DNA from: Cyanophora paradoxa CCMP329
Taxonomy: Eukaryota; Plantae; Glaucophyta
Direction: 5' to 3'
Assembly: GCA_004431415.1 (NCBI GenBank)
Contig: QPMI01000129.1
Span: forward strand, 186,001 to 250,000
Length of the DNA stretch: 64,000 bases
The translations under genes and the position numbers were made by a program. The first letter of the stretch is position 1; each line of letters opens with the position of its first letter. The notes below the pieces were generated by a model that worked only from the letters and a program-made list of their open reading frames with translations, was not told the origin of the DNA and did no database searches. Positions 48,479 to 61,237 of this stretch are shown one piece after another.

Positions 48479-51400
48479 CTAATTAGATGAAGAATTCAAA
48501 ATAGAGCGCAAATACGCGAAGAAGACGGAATAAAAGAATGCGAAGGGGGTGTCGATCAATCCGCGAAGAAGGCGGGGTGGGCGTGGAGAGGCCCCGCGGG
48601 GGAGCAGGGGAGGGACTGCGCGGGGGTACCGGCGCCGGTGATCCGGAAGGAGCCCGGGCGGGACCCCGTGGGCGTCCCCGCGCGCTCCCGCTCGGAGCCG
48701 GCGCCGGAGCCGGCGCCGGCGCCGGCGAGCTGCCGCGCGAGCCGCAGGGCGAACCGCTCCTCGCCGCCAGCCCCGAAGGAGCCCGAGGCGGGGGCGGGGG
48801 CCGGGGCGGGGCCCGGGCCCCGGGGCGAGGTGCTTGGCGAGGACGTGGGCGAGGCGCGGGCGCGCCACGGGCTTCACCACCTGCGCCGCGCGCCGGGCCC
48901 GGGCGGGGTCGCGGTCAGCCGTGTGGGGCGACGCTGCGCGCTGTTCACGCGGGGCGAGGGGCGTGCACGGACCCAGTCGTCCATCCCGGCGCTCCGCATC
49001 TCCTCGCGGTCTGCGGGGGGCCGTCGAGGTTGAGCGCAGGCGGGGCGGGCTGGGCTGGAGGGGCGGGGCGGGCCCTTGGAGGTGGAGAGGGCGGTGCAGG
49101 CGATGACGGGGGTCGGGGCGGCCACGCCGTGCGCCCGCTCGAGGTGCCGGATCTGCCGCGTCGCCGCGTACCCGTCCAGCACCGGCATCGACACTGCGCA
49201 GCGCGCGGGGGGCGGGGCGCGGTGGGCGGGGCGCGGGGGGCCTCGGGGGGGCGGGGGTACACGCATCGCGCGCACCGTCCATGAAGACGGCGGCGAAGAC
49301 GGGCCCGGCGGGGGCGCCGGGGGCGAGGGCGGCGCAGCGGCGGCGGAAGGCGTCGACGGCCTCCTGGCCGTCGCGGGCGGGGAGGCAGCGGAAGCCCTCG
49401 CGGGCGAGCAGCGCGCAGAGCACCCGCCGGTTCACCTCGACCTGAGGTGGAGTGAGACAGACGCCCCCGACCGGGGCCCGGGGGCGGGGCGGGGGCGGGG
49501 CGGACGTCGTCGGCGACGAGGACGTCGCGGGGGCCCGGGGGCGCGCCCTCGTCCCCGCCGGCGCCGCCCTCGCCCCGCAGCGACGAGGCCGCGCTCGGCG
49601 AGCCGGAGCGCGAGGCCGCCGCCCGCCCCGGCCTCCCGCGAGCCCTGCGAGGCCCACGAGCGCCCGCTCCCGCCCCCGCTCTCCGCGCTCCCCCGCGGGC
49701 CCCCCAGGCCCAGCGGCGCAAAGACCGTCCCGGGCCCCGGCGCCAGGTGATCCGCCATCCCCATGCCCGGGTGCCGCCGCGCGCGACCCGAGCGGGAGGA
49801 GGGCGAGTCGAGGGCGCCGGGGAGGCCGGCGGGGAGCCCGAGCGGCCGCGCCCCGGCGACTCCCCGTCGCCCTCGCGCTCGTCGCTGCCGGCGGTACCGG
49901 TGCTGTAGAGCGAGATGCGGCCGTGTGCGCTGAGGCCGGCCGCGCTGCGCGCGCTGGACCGCGCGCTCGAGCGGCGCGGGGCCTCGAGCAGCAGCGAGGG
50001 CCGCCCCTCGCCGCCCTGCTCCTCGCGCAGGGGTGCCCCGCCCTCCTCGAGGCGCGCCGGCGCCGCCTCGGGCTGTGGCGTGCCTGCCAACTCGCCTTCG
50101 GGCTCGCGCTGGGCCGCCGCCGCCGGCTCGGAGGCGGCGAGGTACTCCTCGATCTGGGGCGGGAAGGAGAGTCGGGGAGTTGCGGGGGCGGGGGGCGGGG
50201 GTGCGCGGCGGGCGCACGAGGGCGCTGAGCATGGGCCGCCGCACGGGCTTCGGCAGGAAGCCTGCGCGGGGCCACTCAGCTCGGCCAGAGGCGCGGGGCG
50301 GCTGCTGGGGCGGGGCGGGCGGGCGGAGCGGACCGTCCATGCCGGCGGCGCGGCACTCGGCCTCGTCCTCGGCGGCCGCCTTGGCCTGCGTGCGGCGGGG
50401 CCCGTCAGGGGCCCCCCCGGGCCGGCGGGGGCGGGGCGGGGCGGACGGTGAGGGCGACGATGAGGTGGCGCGCGAGGCCGCGCTCCGCCTCCAGCGCCCG
50501 GATCGCCCCCGTCGCCTCGTACCCCGTCATCGCCGGCATCAGGCAGTCCCTGCCCCGCGAGGGCGGCCCCTCGTGGTCAGCGAGGGACACTGCCCCGGCG
50601 CGGGCGCAGGGCCCCGGGGGCCCGGGCGCGAGCCCAGGGGGGGGCTCACATGAAGATGACGTCGAAGGCGCGGCGGGGGCCGGCCCCGTCCCCCGCCGGC
50701 AGCGCCTCCACCGCCTCCCGGAACCGCTCGACGGCCTGTGGCACGAGGGGGGGTAGGGGGGTGAGGGGGCGGGGCGGGGCGGGGCGCGGGGCCCCGGGGA
50801 CCTGGGCGCCGTCGGAGGCGACGGTGACGGCGTGGCCCTCCTTCTGCAGCATCGACACGATCACCCGCGCCGACACCGCGTTGTCTGCCCGCCCCGTCAG
50901 CCGGGGGAGGAGGCGGGGGGGGGGGGGGGGAGGGGGGGGGGGGGGGCGCCTTCTGCGACGAGGATGGCGCAGGGGCGCGCCGGGGGCCGCTCGGGGCGCT
51001 CGGAGCCGGCGTTGGGGGCGGCGAGGGCGGCGCCCGAGCTCGAGGCGTCGGACGCGAGGCCGGAGAGGGACTGCCGGCGCGAGCGCGAGGGCTCCCGGCA
51101 CACCATCCGCGTCGAGCGCGGCGCTGAGCCGGCGGCCGGCGTCGCCTCGCCGCCGGCCTCGGGGCGGGGGCCGGCGCCGGTGGCGAGGAGGGCGGCGACG
51201 CCGGTGGAGGCGTGCTGGAGGGCGCTCGCCGAGCTGGGCGAGCGCCCCCCGGCCGCCCCCTCCTCCCCTTCCTCCTCCTCGTCGCCCTCCCCGTCCCCGC
51301 CCTCTGCGGCGGCACGCTCGGGGGCCTGCTCGGGGCGGGGCGGGGCGGGGTGCGGGGCGGGGGGGACCGTGGAGGACGGGGATCTCGAACCAGAAGGTGC

Positions 51401-54400
51401 TCCCCTGCCCCGTCTGAGGCGGGCGCCCCGTCAGCCAGCACCCGCATCCACGCGCGGGGCGGCGGATCCAGGGCGCACGTCCGAAATGCAGCCGATGCGC
51501 CCGCCCGCCTTCTCCACGATCTCCCGGCTGATCGCCAGCCCTGCCGGCGGCGAAGTGGCGCATAAGGCCTAGGTGAGGGGCCGGACGGGGCGCAGGGTGC
51601 CGGGAGGGGCGAGGGCGGACCGAGGCCGGTGCCGCCGGGGTCGGGCGCGCCGCCGAGGAGCGGGTGGACGCGGTAGAAGCGGGTGAAGAGGTGCGCCTGG
51701 TGCTCCTTCGCGATGCCCGGGCCCGAGTCGCGCACCTCTGCGACGTTCCGGCCCCGCTCAGAGGGGGCGGCAGGGGCGGGGAGAAGAGGAGAGGCGGACC
51801 GAAGCGGAGGAGGAGGCGCTCGAGGGCGCCGGGCGGGGCGGGGCCGGCCGCCGGGGCCCCCGCCTCGGGGGCGTCGGACTCGAGGGGGCGCGCGGTGACG
51901 AGGAGCTGCGCAAGGGCGGGGCGCTCGCTCGCTCGGGGGCTCGATGCCCGCCCCCGGCATGGCCTCCCCCCGGGCCCCCCGCGGACCTCGACGGAGCCCT
52001 TGTCGCTGTACTTGACGGCGTTGCTCACGAGGTTCAGCTGCTCACGAGGTTAGGCTCAGCTGCTCTGCTGGGGAGATGAAGCGGGGCGGGGCGGGGGCGG
52101 GGCGGGGGCGGACGAGGACTTGGCGGAGGCGGTCGGGGTCGGCGAGGACGAGGTCCGGCACCGCCTCCGCCACCTCCACCCGCAGCTCCAGCCCCTGCCG
52201 CACCCCCACGCCTCGACCCCGCACCCCACTGCCATCGCAGCGCGTCCAGGGCGCGCGCGCACCTTCTCGTCGGCCTTGCGGCGCACGATGCGCGCGGCGG
52301 CGACCGCCGCGTGCCGCACGTCCACAGGCACCGCCTGCCCGCGCCCCGGCGGTCAGGGCCCGACGCGCGGGGCGCGGGGGGCGGGGGGCGGCGGGGGCGG
52401 GCCTGGAGGTCGATGAGGCCGGCCTCGATCTTCTGGAGGTCGAGGATGTCGCTGCGGGGGCGGGGCGGGGCAGGGCCGGGGTGAGCTCGGGGCCGGGGCG
52501 GGAGGGAGGTGGAGGGGCGGGGCGGGCACTTGACGAGGGAGAGGAGGTGGTCCCCGAGAGCGCCGCCTGCGCCCCGGCGTCAGCGAGGGAGGGGCGCGGG
52601 GAGCGGGGGCGGGGGCGGGGGCGGGGCCGGGCGCACGGCGTCGATGTACTCCTGCACCTCCCGCGCGTCCGTCGCCTCGCGCGCCAGGTCGAGCATCCCC
52701 AGGATCCTGCCCCCGGCCCCCGCCACCTCACCTCGCCTCTTGCGGACCGGGAGGCGCGGGGCCGGCGCGCGCGCACCCGTTGAGGGGCGTCTGCGGAGGC
52801 GCGCGCGCCGGGGGGCGCCGGGCGAGAGGTCAGCTCGAGGGCGCCGCCGTCGCGGGGCGGGGCGCGGCGGGGGCCCACCCGCATCTCGTGGGAGACCGTT
52901 TGGAGGAACTGGGTGCGGGGCGGGGTGAGGGTGCGGGAGGGGCGGGGCCCCGGGGCGGGGCGGGGGGGGCACCTTGCGGGTCTCGGCGGAGCGGACCTCG
53001 GCCTCGATCTTGGTCTTCGCCTCCGCCGAGACCGCCTCCTGGAACGACACGAACCGCGCGTGCATGTCCTGCCCCCCGCCCCCGCCCCCGCCACGTCACG
53101 CCCCGCCCGGCCCTCTGGCAGCGAGAGGGAAGAAGAGAGGAGCGCGGAGGAGAGAGAATGAAGGAAAAGGCCGGATCCCAACGAGATCGGAAGGGAGCAG
53201 CGGGGTGAGGTCGCCTGGATCTCGCGAGGGCTACATGTACACGCCAGGCCCAGAGCTCCGGAAGGGAAAGAAGGAGGAGCGATTGTGGAAAGAAAGAGAC
53301 GAGTGTGCAAAGAAAGAGAGACGAGTCTGGAAAGAAAGAGACGAATGCGGAAAGAAAGAGACGAGTGTGGAAAGAAAGAGACGAGTGTGGATGTGTGGAA
53401 AGCAAGAGACGAGAGTGGATGTAAGAGGGAGGAGCGTGGAAAGAGAGGGCGGGGCGGGGCGCGGGGCGCGGGGGCGCACGGCCATGATGGACTCGAAGTC
53501 GGAGAGCTCGCGCAGGCCCCGCCCCGCCCGCCCCCGCCCCCCCGCGTTCTTCTCCTCCGCCCCCGCCTCGGGCGTGGCGGGGCGCGGCGGGCTCGCCGCG
53601 GGGGAGCCCGGGGCGGTGGTCGGGGCGACGACGCTCCTGGTGGAGGGGGCCGCCGAGCCGCGCCGCCCCGGGAGGCTCGCCTTGCGGACGCTCCCCTCGG
53701 GGCCCGGCGCCCGCACGTGGAGCCGCAGCTCCGCGGAGACGCGCGTCATGGTCTGCGGCCGGGGGCGTCTGGAGGGCGAAGGCGGGGGGGAGGAGGGGGC
53801 GGGGCCCTGCACCTCGAGGAGGATGGACATGGAGGCGCGCAGCTTCTCGATGGGGCGGGTGATGCGCCAGCCGAGCCCCGCCGCCGCCGCCACGCACAGC
53901 ACCAGCCACGCCGCCGCGAACGCCGTGTTGAGGGTCGCCGCGCGCCCCATCCCCGCCGCCACCCCGTCCTTGGGCACCGCCGCCCAGAGGCGCCACTCGA
54001 GGCCGGGCGCGGGGGCGCGGACGGGGGCGGAGTGGGCCCAGTAGGCGCGCCCCGCGCTGTGGACGACGCGGACCTCGTCGGGCGCCGCCGCCGCGCCCTC
54101 GCCCCAGCAGAGCTCCCGCACCAGCCCCTCCCCGCTGCGCCCGTGCGCCGTCAGCAGGCGCCGGCCGGCGGGCGGGGGGCGGGGCGCCTCTGCGGGGCGG
54201 GGAGCGGGGCGGCGAGGCCGGAGGAGGATGCGACGAGGCGGCCGGCGGAGTCGGTGAGGACGAGCAGGGAGCCGGGGACGGAGACGGCCGCCGCGAGCCG
54301 CGCCGCCACGGCCGCCAGCGGCACCCGCACGGCCGCCGCCGCCGCCACCGCGCCCGCGCCGCCGCCCGCCTCGCCCGCCGCCGCCTGGAAGAAGCCCTCG

Positions 54401-55819
54401 GGCGTGCCGGCCGCCCCGGGCCCCGGCGTCGCCTCCGCCGGCCCCGCCCCGCCGCCGCCGCTCCCGCCGAGGAGGTGGGAGAGGGGCGTGCCCCCGCGGG
54501 CGGCGGCGAGGTAGGTGAGGGAGGGGCCGCCGGGGCCGCCGAGGTCGAGGGGCGCCCAGAGGTCCCCCGAGACGCTCCCGCCGCCGCCGCGAGCCAGCGG
54601 GCGGCCGCGGACGGCAGGGCGGGGGCCGCGAGGGGCCCCCGCGGCTGCCCGCGGGCCCCCGCCTCGAAGGCCCAGGCCGCGGTGCCGTTGGCGAAGAGCG
54701 CGCGGGCGCCCCCGCCGCACGCCTCGCACCGCTCCCACGCCACCAGCGCCCCCTCGGGGAAGAGCGCCCCGCCCAGGCTCACCTGCGCAGCCGCCCGTCA
54801 GCAGCAGCGCGGGGGTGCGGAGGGACGGGGCGGGGACCTGCGGGGCGGCGAGGGCGGCGGAGGAGAGGAGCTCGAGGAGGGGCCGCCAGCGGTCGCGGGT
54901 GGCGCGGCCGGCGGCGAGCTCGGCGGCGACGCGGCGGGCGGCGGCGGCGGCCTCGGCGAGGAAATGCTCGGTGGCGGCCACGCTCTCCCGCTCCAGCGCC
55001 CGCACGTGCGCCCCCGAGAGCTCCTCCACGCTCCTGGCCTCCAGGCTCGTGACTTTATTTCTGAAGGCAGGGGTGGGGGAGGCGGGCCGGGGGCGGCAGC
55101 GCACCGCTCGCCGAAGTAGTACGCGATGCCCCAGGAGAAGGCGATGGCGCCGGCCACCTGCCCCGACGCATTCGAAATCGCGCCGCGCGGCGGGGGGCGG
55201 GGCGGGGGGCGGGGCGGGCCTGGAGGACGGCGGAGAGGACGAAGAGGGCGCGGATGGAGACGAGGGGGGCGAGGAGCCGCCCGAGGCGCCCCGCCAGCCG
55301 CTTTCGCAGCGGGGGGCGGCCCCGCCGGAGGGCCCCCGGGGCGAGGCCGAGGCGGGGGCCCCCGGAGAAGGGCCCCAGGGCGGGGTCCCAGGGGCCGCCG
55401 CCGGCGGCGGGGGCGTGCGGGTGGCCGTGGAGGGGCTCCTCGCTCACGGCGAGGACGGTCGCGTACCCGTCCTCCCGCCCCGCCCCCTCCAGCCCGTACG
55501 CCGCCCCCGCCCCCTTCACCACCACTGCCCCGGCCCCGCGCGTCAGAAACATTTGATCGCCCGTGGGCCGCGACTCGGGGATTCGGGGCGGACCGGAGGA
55601 GGGCCGCCCCCGGGCGCTCTTCTTGCCCTCGGGGACCCCCGTGTCGGAGGCCCTGCGCGAGGGCGGCGCCGTCTCGGGTCCCGCCTCGGGCCCGCCCGAG
55701 GTCGTCGTCGAGGGCGCCGAGGGCGAGTCGTCGCTCGAGCCGGCCGGCCCCCGCAGCGCCCCCGGCCGCATGATCACCCCCGGCGACGCCCGCGGCGCGC
55801 CGAGCAGCCCCTGCCGCAT
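48479..55819 (-). CDS. Membrane hybrid histidine kinase (sensor, TM, HAMP-like, HisKA, HATPase, two receiver domains)
   Basis: SHEMR|TPLN H-box, DILDLQKIEAG, DPDRLRQVL|LNLVSNAVKY, VRDSGPGI, GGTGLG, GQGSTFWF; receivers ILVAE|DN..VIFMD..MPAMTGYEAT and VLVADD..VFMD|VSMPVLDGYAAT. Confidence 0.9.
53287..53447. repeat. Purine-rich ~20-21-bp minisatellite in a histidine kinase intron
   Basis: About 6-7 copies of GGAAAGAAAGAGACGAGTGT-like units. Confidence 0.85.
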
Positions 55820-56370
55820 CGCTGGGCCCGCTGCTGACGCTCGTGCTGCTATCGCCCCGCGCGCATCGATTTCTCAGGGGCGCTGCTCTTGAGCCGGGCA
55901 CTCCTCAAGCTGGGCCGAGCCTCGGAGAGCTCAAGACAGCCTGCTGGGAAGCTCTCCGGCCTCCCCCTGCTGCCGTTACGTGTCGCTGAATTAACGAAGC
56001 TCCGTCCGCGTCCGTCCGCCGAGATCCGCCGATCTCCAGCAGCGTCTCGGACTCCCCTGCAGCCCTTTTACGATCAGGACAGCTTCTTACTGCGCACGTG
56101 TCATGCGGGGGCTGCGTACGTTCCACGGACGTCGCGACGTCGTCAAAGCTAGAGCAGCGCCGAAGCGTACGTGCAAGCTAAGCTAGCGCTCCGTCACCGA
56201 GCGCGCGGATGCACTTCTGCAGCTGCTGATCGATGTCGCTGCTGCGCTAGATATCGATCTAGATCCACTACGCGCTGATGAGCGACCATGAGCGCGCGCG
56301 GTGCTCAGTGCAGTGACAGTGCTCACAGCCCGAGTCACAGGAGTGAGCTCCGATCCCGCTATAGGCTACT

Positions 56371-56594
56371 GTAGGCGTAGTTTTTTAGCCGTGGTAAATA
56401 ATTGCCGTAAATTGCCGAGAGGCCGAATTCGAATTCGGCAATTTAGCAACACGGCAATTGCTTTGGGGGTAGGTATTTGCTTAGCCCGCCATAGAGCAGA
56501 AACCTGGATTCGGTAATTTATTGCCACGCGTACGGCAATTCCGGTTTCGGACTAATTCGGCAATTTTACTACGCGGCAATTTAACTACGCCTAC
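56371..56594. mobile_element. Small MITE-like element
   Basis: TIR GTAGGCGTAGTT / AACTACGCCTAC flanked by ACT on both sides; many internal CGGCAATT/AATTGCCG motifs; AT-rich relative to surroundings. Confidence 0.6.
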
Positions 56595-57438
56595 ACTGCC
56601 CTACAGTATAGCTAGCCCTACACGGAGGGAATTCCGGAGGCTACATGATCCGATGATCTCCAGTGATTCTCCACACGCGTACGTATATATATACGTATAC
56701 GGGAGCGAGCAGTCGGATCTTCTGACTCGCCGAGTCGGAAGTTGACTCGCGATCGGGAACGTTCGAAACTCAGACCGTGGTTCAACGGTTGGCGTTCGCG
56801 CTCAGCTGAGGCGATCGCGACCCGACCAGCGGCGACCACCGTTCGTCTCTCGATCGCGCTTTTTCGCGGGGGCTACCGTGCATTTCGTTCGCGAATCGCG
56901 AGAACCAAAATCAGGTTGCGCGGGTTTGAACCCGAATTCTCATCGAGCCGAGAATTCGGCACAAGCAAAAACCCGTCCGCCGTCCGGGAGCAAGTGTCCG
57001 GGGCTGGCGGGCGGCAACAGCACGCTTGCGCAAGCTTTTCAAGCGCGGATTAAGAGCGCGGGGAGCGCGCGGCGTGTGGCCGGTCCAAACCTCTGCCCGA
57101 GTCCGGTCGTTTGACGTCGGTTAGGGCGTGCACGTCGGCCTTGCAGCTGCCGCTAAGAGCTCTCCCTTGTAAGACCAGTTGAGAGTTCAAGGGACGCGCT
57201 CCCCGCCCGGCTGACGAGGCCCGGCTGACGAGGCCCGGCGGTCACTGGCGCGCCTTCAACCAGCCAGCGGCGGCTTCGAGATCGTGCGGGGAGCGAGAGC
57301 GTCGGGCAGGAGAAGCGTCTTGCGGCGGACGCGCGACTCGGAGCTCGGAGGCAACCAAGCGCTCCTGCGAGGCCCGGCCGCGGCGCGGGGCTCCGATCGT
57401 GCAGCAAGCGTCAGGTTCTCGCCAATCGGCGTGCGAAG

Positions 57439-57655
57439 ATGCCTCCGGAGGCGGACGATGCGGGGCGGCCGCCCTCCGACTCGCGGCGCCCGTCCTCCTT
57501 CCGCTCGGGGGCCGGCTCCTCGCACGGGTCGGGCTCGGCGCCCGTCTCGCGGCAGGGCTCCTTCAGCCGCTCCGGCTCCTTCAGCAAGAGCGGCAACTAC
57601 GCCCCGCTCGCCGTCCTCCCCTCCGCCCAGGCCCGCCCCGCCCCGCACCCCCGCC

Positions 57656-57703
<48 letters not shown>

Positions 57704-59099
57704 AGCCGGGCACCGGTGCGCAGGTGGAGGCCAAGCCGATAGCGCGGCGGCGCGCCCGCTCCATCGACAGCAGTGCGCCCGCCCCGCCGCCTCGGCCGCC
57801 TCCGCCGCGGCCGGTGCCGACGCGGGGGCGCGCAGTGGTGACGCTGCCGCCGCACGCGGAGGAGGGGTCGGGGAGCGGCCCGGGGCCCGAGCACGGGCCC
57901 TGCACCGCCCGCGTCCTCACGTAGTGCGCCCCGCCCCTTCCGCCCCCGCCCCAGGCCCCGGCGGGGGCGAGCGGGGGGGCCGGCGGGGCGCAGCAACGTG
58001 AAGGGGCTGCCGCCGTACCGGTACAACCTGAAGGACGTGCTCCTCGCCGAGCTCGACCCCGCCCTCGCCTCCGCCTCCGCCTTCGCCGACCCGTGCGCCC
58101 CCGCGGGCCCCCCTCTCCGCCCCGGCGGCGCGCCTCCTCCTGCTCGAGCGGGGCCCGCGGGTTGGCAGGGGGGCGTGGCGGGAGGTGGCGCGGGAGGGCC
58201 CCGACCTCCTCTGCGTCGGCCTCCAGGAGATCGTGCCCCTCAAAGTGGTGCCCCCGCCCCGCCCCGCGCCCCCCCCTCCCCGAGATCCCTCCCCTCTTAG
58301 CGCGCGCAGACGAACGTGGTGAACGCGGGGGACGCGAGCCGCCAGGGGGACCTCTGGGAGTACTCGTGCGGCCCCGCTCGCTCGCCCCCCGCGAGACCCC
58401 CTCCCGCGACTCCTGCTGGGCTGAGGGGGGCGCGCAGGCTGGACCTGGCGGTGAGCGAGCTGACGATCGGGGGCGAGAAGTACGCCAAGATCGGCTCCCG
58501 CCAGATGGCCCGCCCCGCCCCGCCCCGCCCCCCCGGGGGCGGCCCTGGGCGCGGCTGACGCGGCGCTCGCCCCCGCGCAGGTCGGCCTCCTCATGGCCCT
58601 CTACGTCAAGGCCCGCCCCGCCCGCCCCCGCCCCCGCCGCAGCACCGACCCGGGGCGGGGCGGGGCGGGCAGGAGCGGGTGGCGGGGCAGCTCTCGGGGG
58701 TCCAGACGGGGGCCGTCCCCACGGGCTTCGGCGGCATGTTCAAGAACAAGGGCGCCGTCTGCCTCCGCTTCGACCTCCACGAGGCCCGCCCGCCCCCGCC
58801 CCGGCCGCCCCCCGCCCGGCCCCCTGGCCCCCGCCGAGGCGGCGGGGCGGGCAGTCGAGCTTCTGCTTCGTGTGCGCGCACCTGGCGCCCCACGACAAGA
58901 ACGTCGCCATCCGCAACAAGGAGTACTTTGAGATCCTCCAGCGCACCCAGGCCCGCCCCCGGCCCCTCCCAGCGCCCCCGCACCCCCGCCCCGGGGCCGC
59001 TGAGGGGGCGCGGGGCGGGGCGGGCAGTTCCCCGCGGCGCCGGGGATCCTCGCCCACGAGTTCGTCGTCTTCTTCGGGGACCTCAACTACCGGTGCCCG

Positions 59100-59141
<42 letters not shown>

Positions 59142-60431
59142 GGCTGAGGGCGGGGCGGGGGCAGGGTGGTGGGAGAGGCGGGCCCCGTGGGGCGGCAGGC
59201 GCTGGCGGGGACCTGGCGCCCCTCCTCGCCGCCGACCAGCTCGCCGCCGCCCGCGCCTCCGCCGCCGCCTTCCACGTGCGGCCCCCCCCGCCGTGGAGGC
59301 CGAGGGGGCGCCGCTGAGGCCGCGGGGCGGGCGGGGGGCAGCACTTCCGGGAGGCGGCGATCCGCTTCGGGCCGACGTTCAAGTACGAGGTCGGCGGGGC
59401 CGACTTCTGCCCCGAGTCCAAGAAGCGGACGCCCAGCTGGACCGACCGCGTCCTCTTCGCCGGGCCCGGCCCCCTCGCCGAGTGCCTCTGGTGCCCCCGC
59501 CCCCGCCCCCGCCCCCGCGCCCCCTCCTGCCCCCGCCCCCTCCCCTCCTCACGCCGCGGCAGGTACGGCTCGTTCCCCCGGTTCGTGGCGTCGGACCACA
59601 AGCCCGTCGCCGCCCTCCTGCGCTTCCACGTCCGCGGCGCCGGGCGCGCCGAGGCGGCCCCGGGGCCCCGGCCCTCGCCCTCGGGCCGGCCGCCCCCTCG
59701 GCCCGCGCCAGCCTCTCCGAGCACCCCGCCTCCGCCTCGGCCTTCGCCCCGCCGGCCGCCTCGGAGGGCGCCGGCGGGCCCCGCCGCGCCCCCCGCGCCC
59801 CGCTCTTCCGCTCGTCGACGCAGCCGGAGATGAACCTTGCGTCGGTCTTCTCCCCGTCGCAGCTGCCCTCGCCCGACTCGTCCCAGCTGCCCCTCGAGCC
59901 GTCGGGCCGCATCGCCTCCTCCGGCGGCTTCGCCTTCAGCGCGGCCCCCGCCCAGCGCTGGGGCGCCCCCGCCCCGCTCTCCCCGCCCCTGCGCACCAAC
60001 GCCTCCGAGTCCGTCACGCCCCCGCCCGAGGCCGGAGGCCTCGAGCTCGAGCAGGAGGCCCCCTGGTGGTCCCGCCTCGTCCCCTGGTGCCCTGCCCCCC
60101 GCCCCGCAGCGCAGCGCGCGCCCCGCCGCGCCGCTGACGGTCGGCGGCGCCCGCGCGCAGCTGCCTGCGGGTGGAGGAGCCGAGGCCGCCGCGGCGCGCG
60201 ATGACGCCCCGCGCGGCGGCGGCGGCAGCCGGCGGGCAGCTGCTCGACGAGGGGCACGCGCCCTGGGGCATCCCCCTCAACGCCCCCGCCCCGCCCCCGC
60301 CCGCCGCCTTCTCCTACGGCGTGCCCTCCGCGAACCCCTTCGGGGGGTACAGGTTCCCCTCGCCGCAGCCGCCGGAGCCCTCGGAGCCGCTCGACCCGTC
60401 CCGCCGGCGCTCCTCCTCCTTCCGCGTCTAG
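57439..60431 (+). CDS. Inositol polyphosphate 5-phosphatase
   Basis: VGLQEIV, KNKGAV, FVCAHLAPH, FFGDLNYR, DQL, FGPTFKY, RTPSWTDRVLF, SDHKPV. Confidence 0.92.
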
Positions 60432-61237
60432 ACGGCAGCAGCAGCCCGCGCGGCCCCCGCACCAGAGGGGCCTCCTCGAAGCAGCAGTCCCGCAGAGCTC
60501 GCCTAGTCTTGTGTTTTTACGGATATGATGTCGATATCAATGTAAATGTATTATCGCACTACGTACACGTGTAATTTCGCCAGGCTATTGCATTAGTACG
60601 AGTCTATAGCTAGCGTTATATATATTGTACGAGCGTCGGAGGCTCAGCGGCTGCGCCGGACCAGGGGGCTCATGACCAGGAGTCATGATCAGGACTCAGG
60701 AGTCGTGATCAGGACCCGGATCCCGCCGCCTCTATCGATATCCGACCCTCCGGATCATGATCCAACTTGCAACTTGGCAATCGCGGCTCCGAGGCTCGGC
60801 GGCCCGTCAAAGCGTTGCGTCATGCCATGATGTGTAGACTCTGAGATCTACAGACCGTCGGACTCTGGGAGATGCTCATTTTCGATGCTGCTTCACGAAG
60901 TTCGCTTCAAAAAACGGCCTTCGAATTCTGTCCTGTGTATCCCAATTGTTCTTCGATAAAAAATACGACTATCTGCAATCTCATAACACTGCAAGACCGA
61001 AAGATCTAGAGGCAAAATCATTGGATCGGCAGGCCTGTGAAATCTCCCGCGGCTGCCAATCGCACGCCGAACGGAATTCGAAATGGACGAAAGCACCACA
61101 CGCACTCTGGTCACGGTGACTCGGAAAGCGGCGCGGAGCCACAGCTACAGACCCTACTTACAAAATTGATAGAAAGATGTCCTTGGCAGCGGCAAAGGCA
61201 TCGGAGAGAGCGCGGACGGCGCCGCCTCGCGGGTCCC

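Noticed and set aside
59100-59139. Long poly-C tracts (also ~33759-33803, ~29318-29341)
   Set aside because: Intronic homopolymers whose length is unreliable; no independent sign of function.
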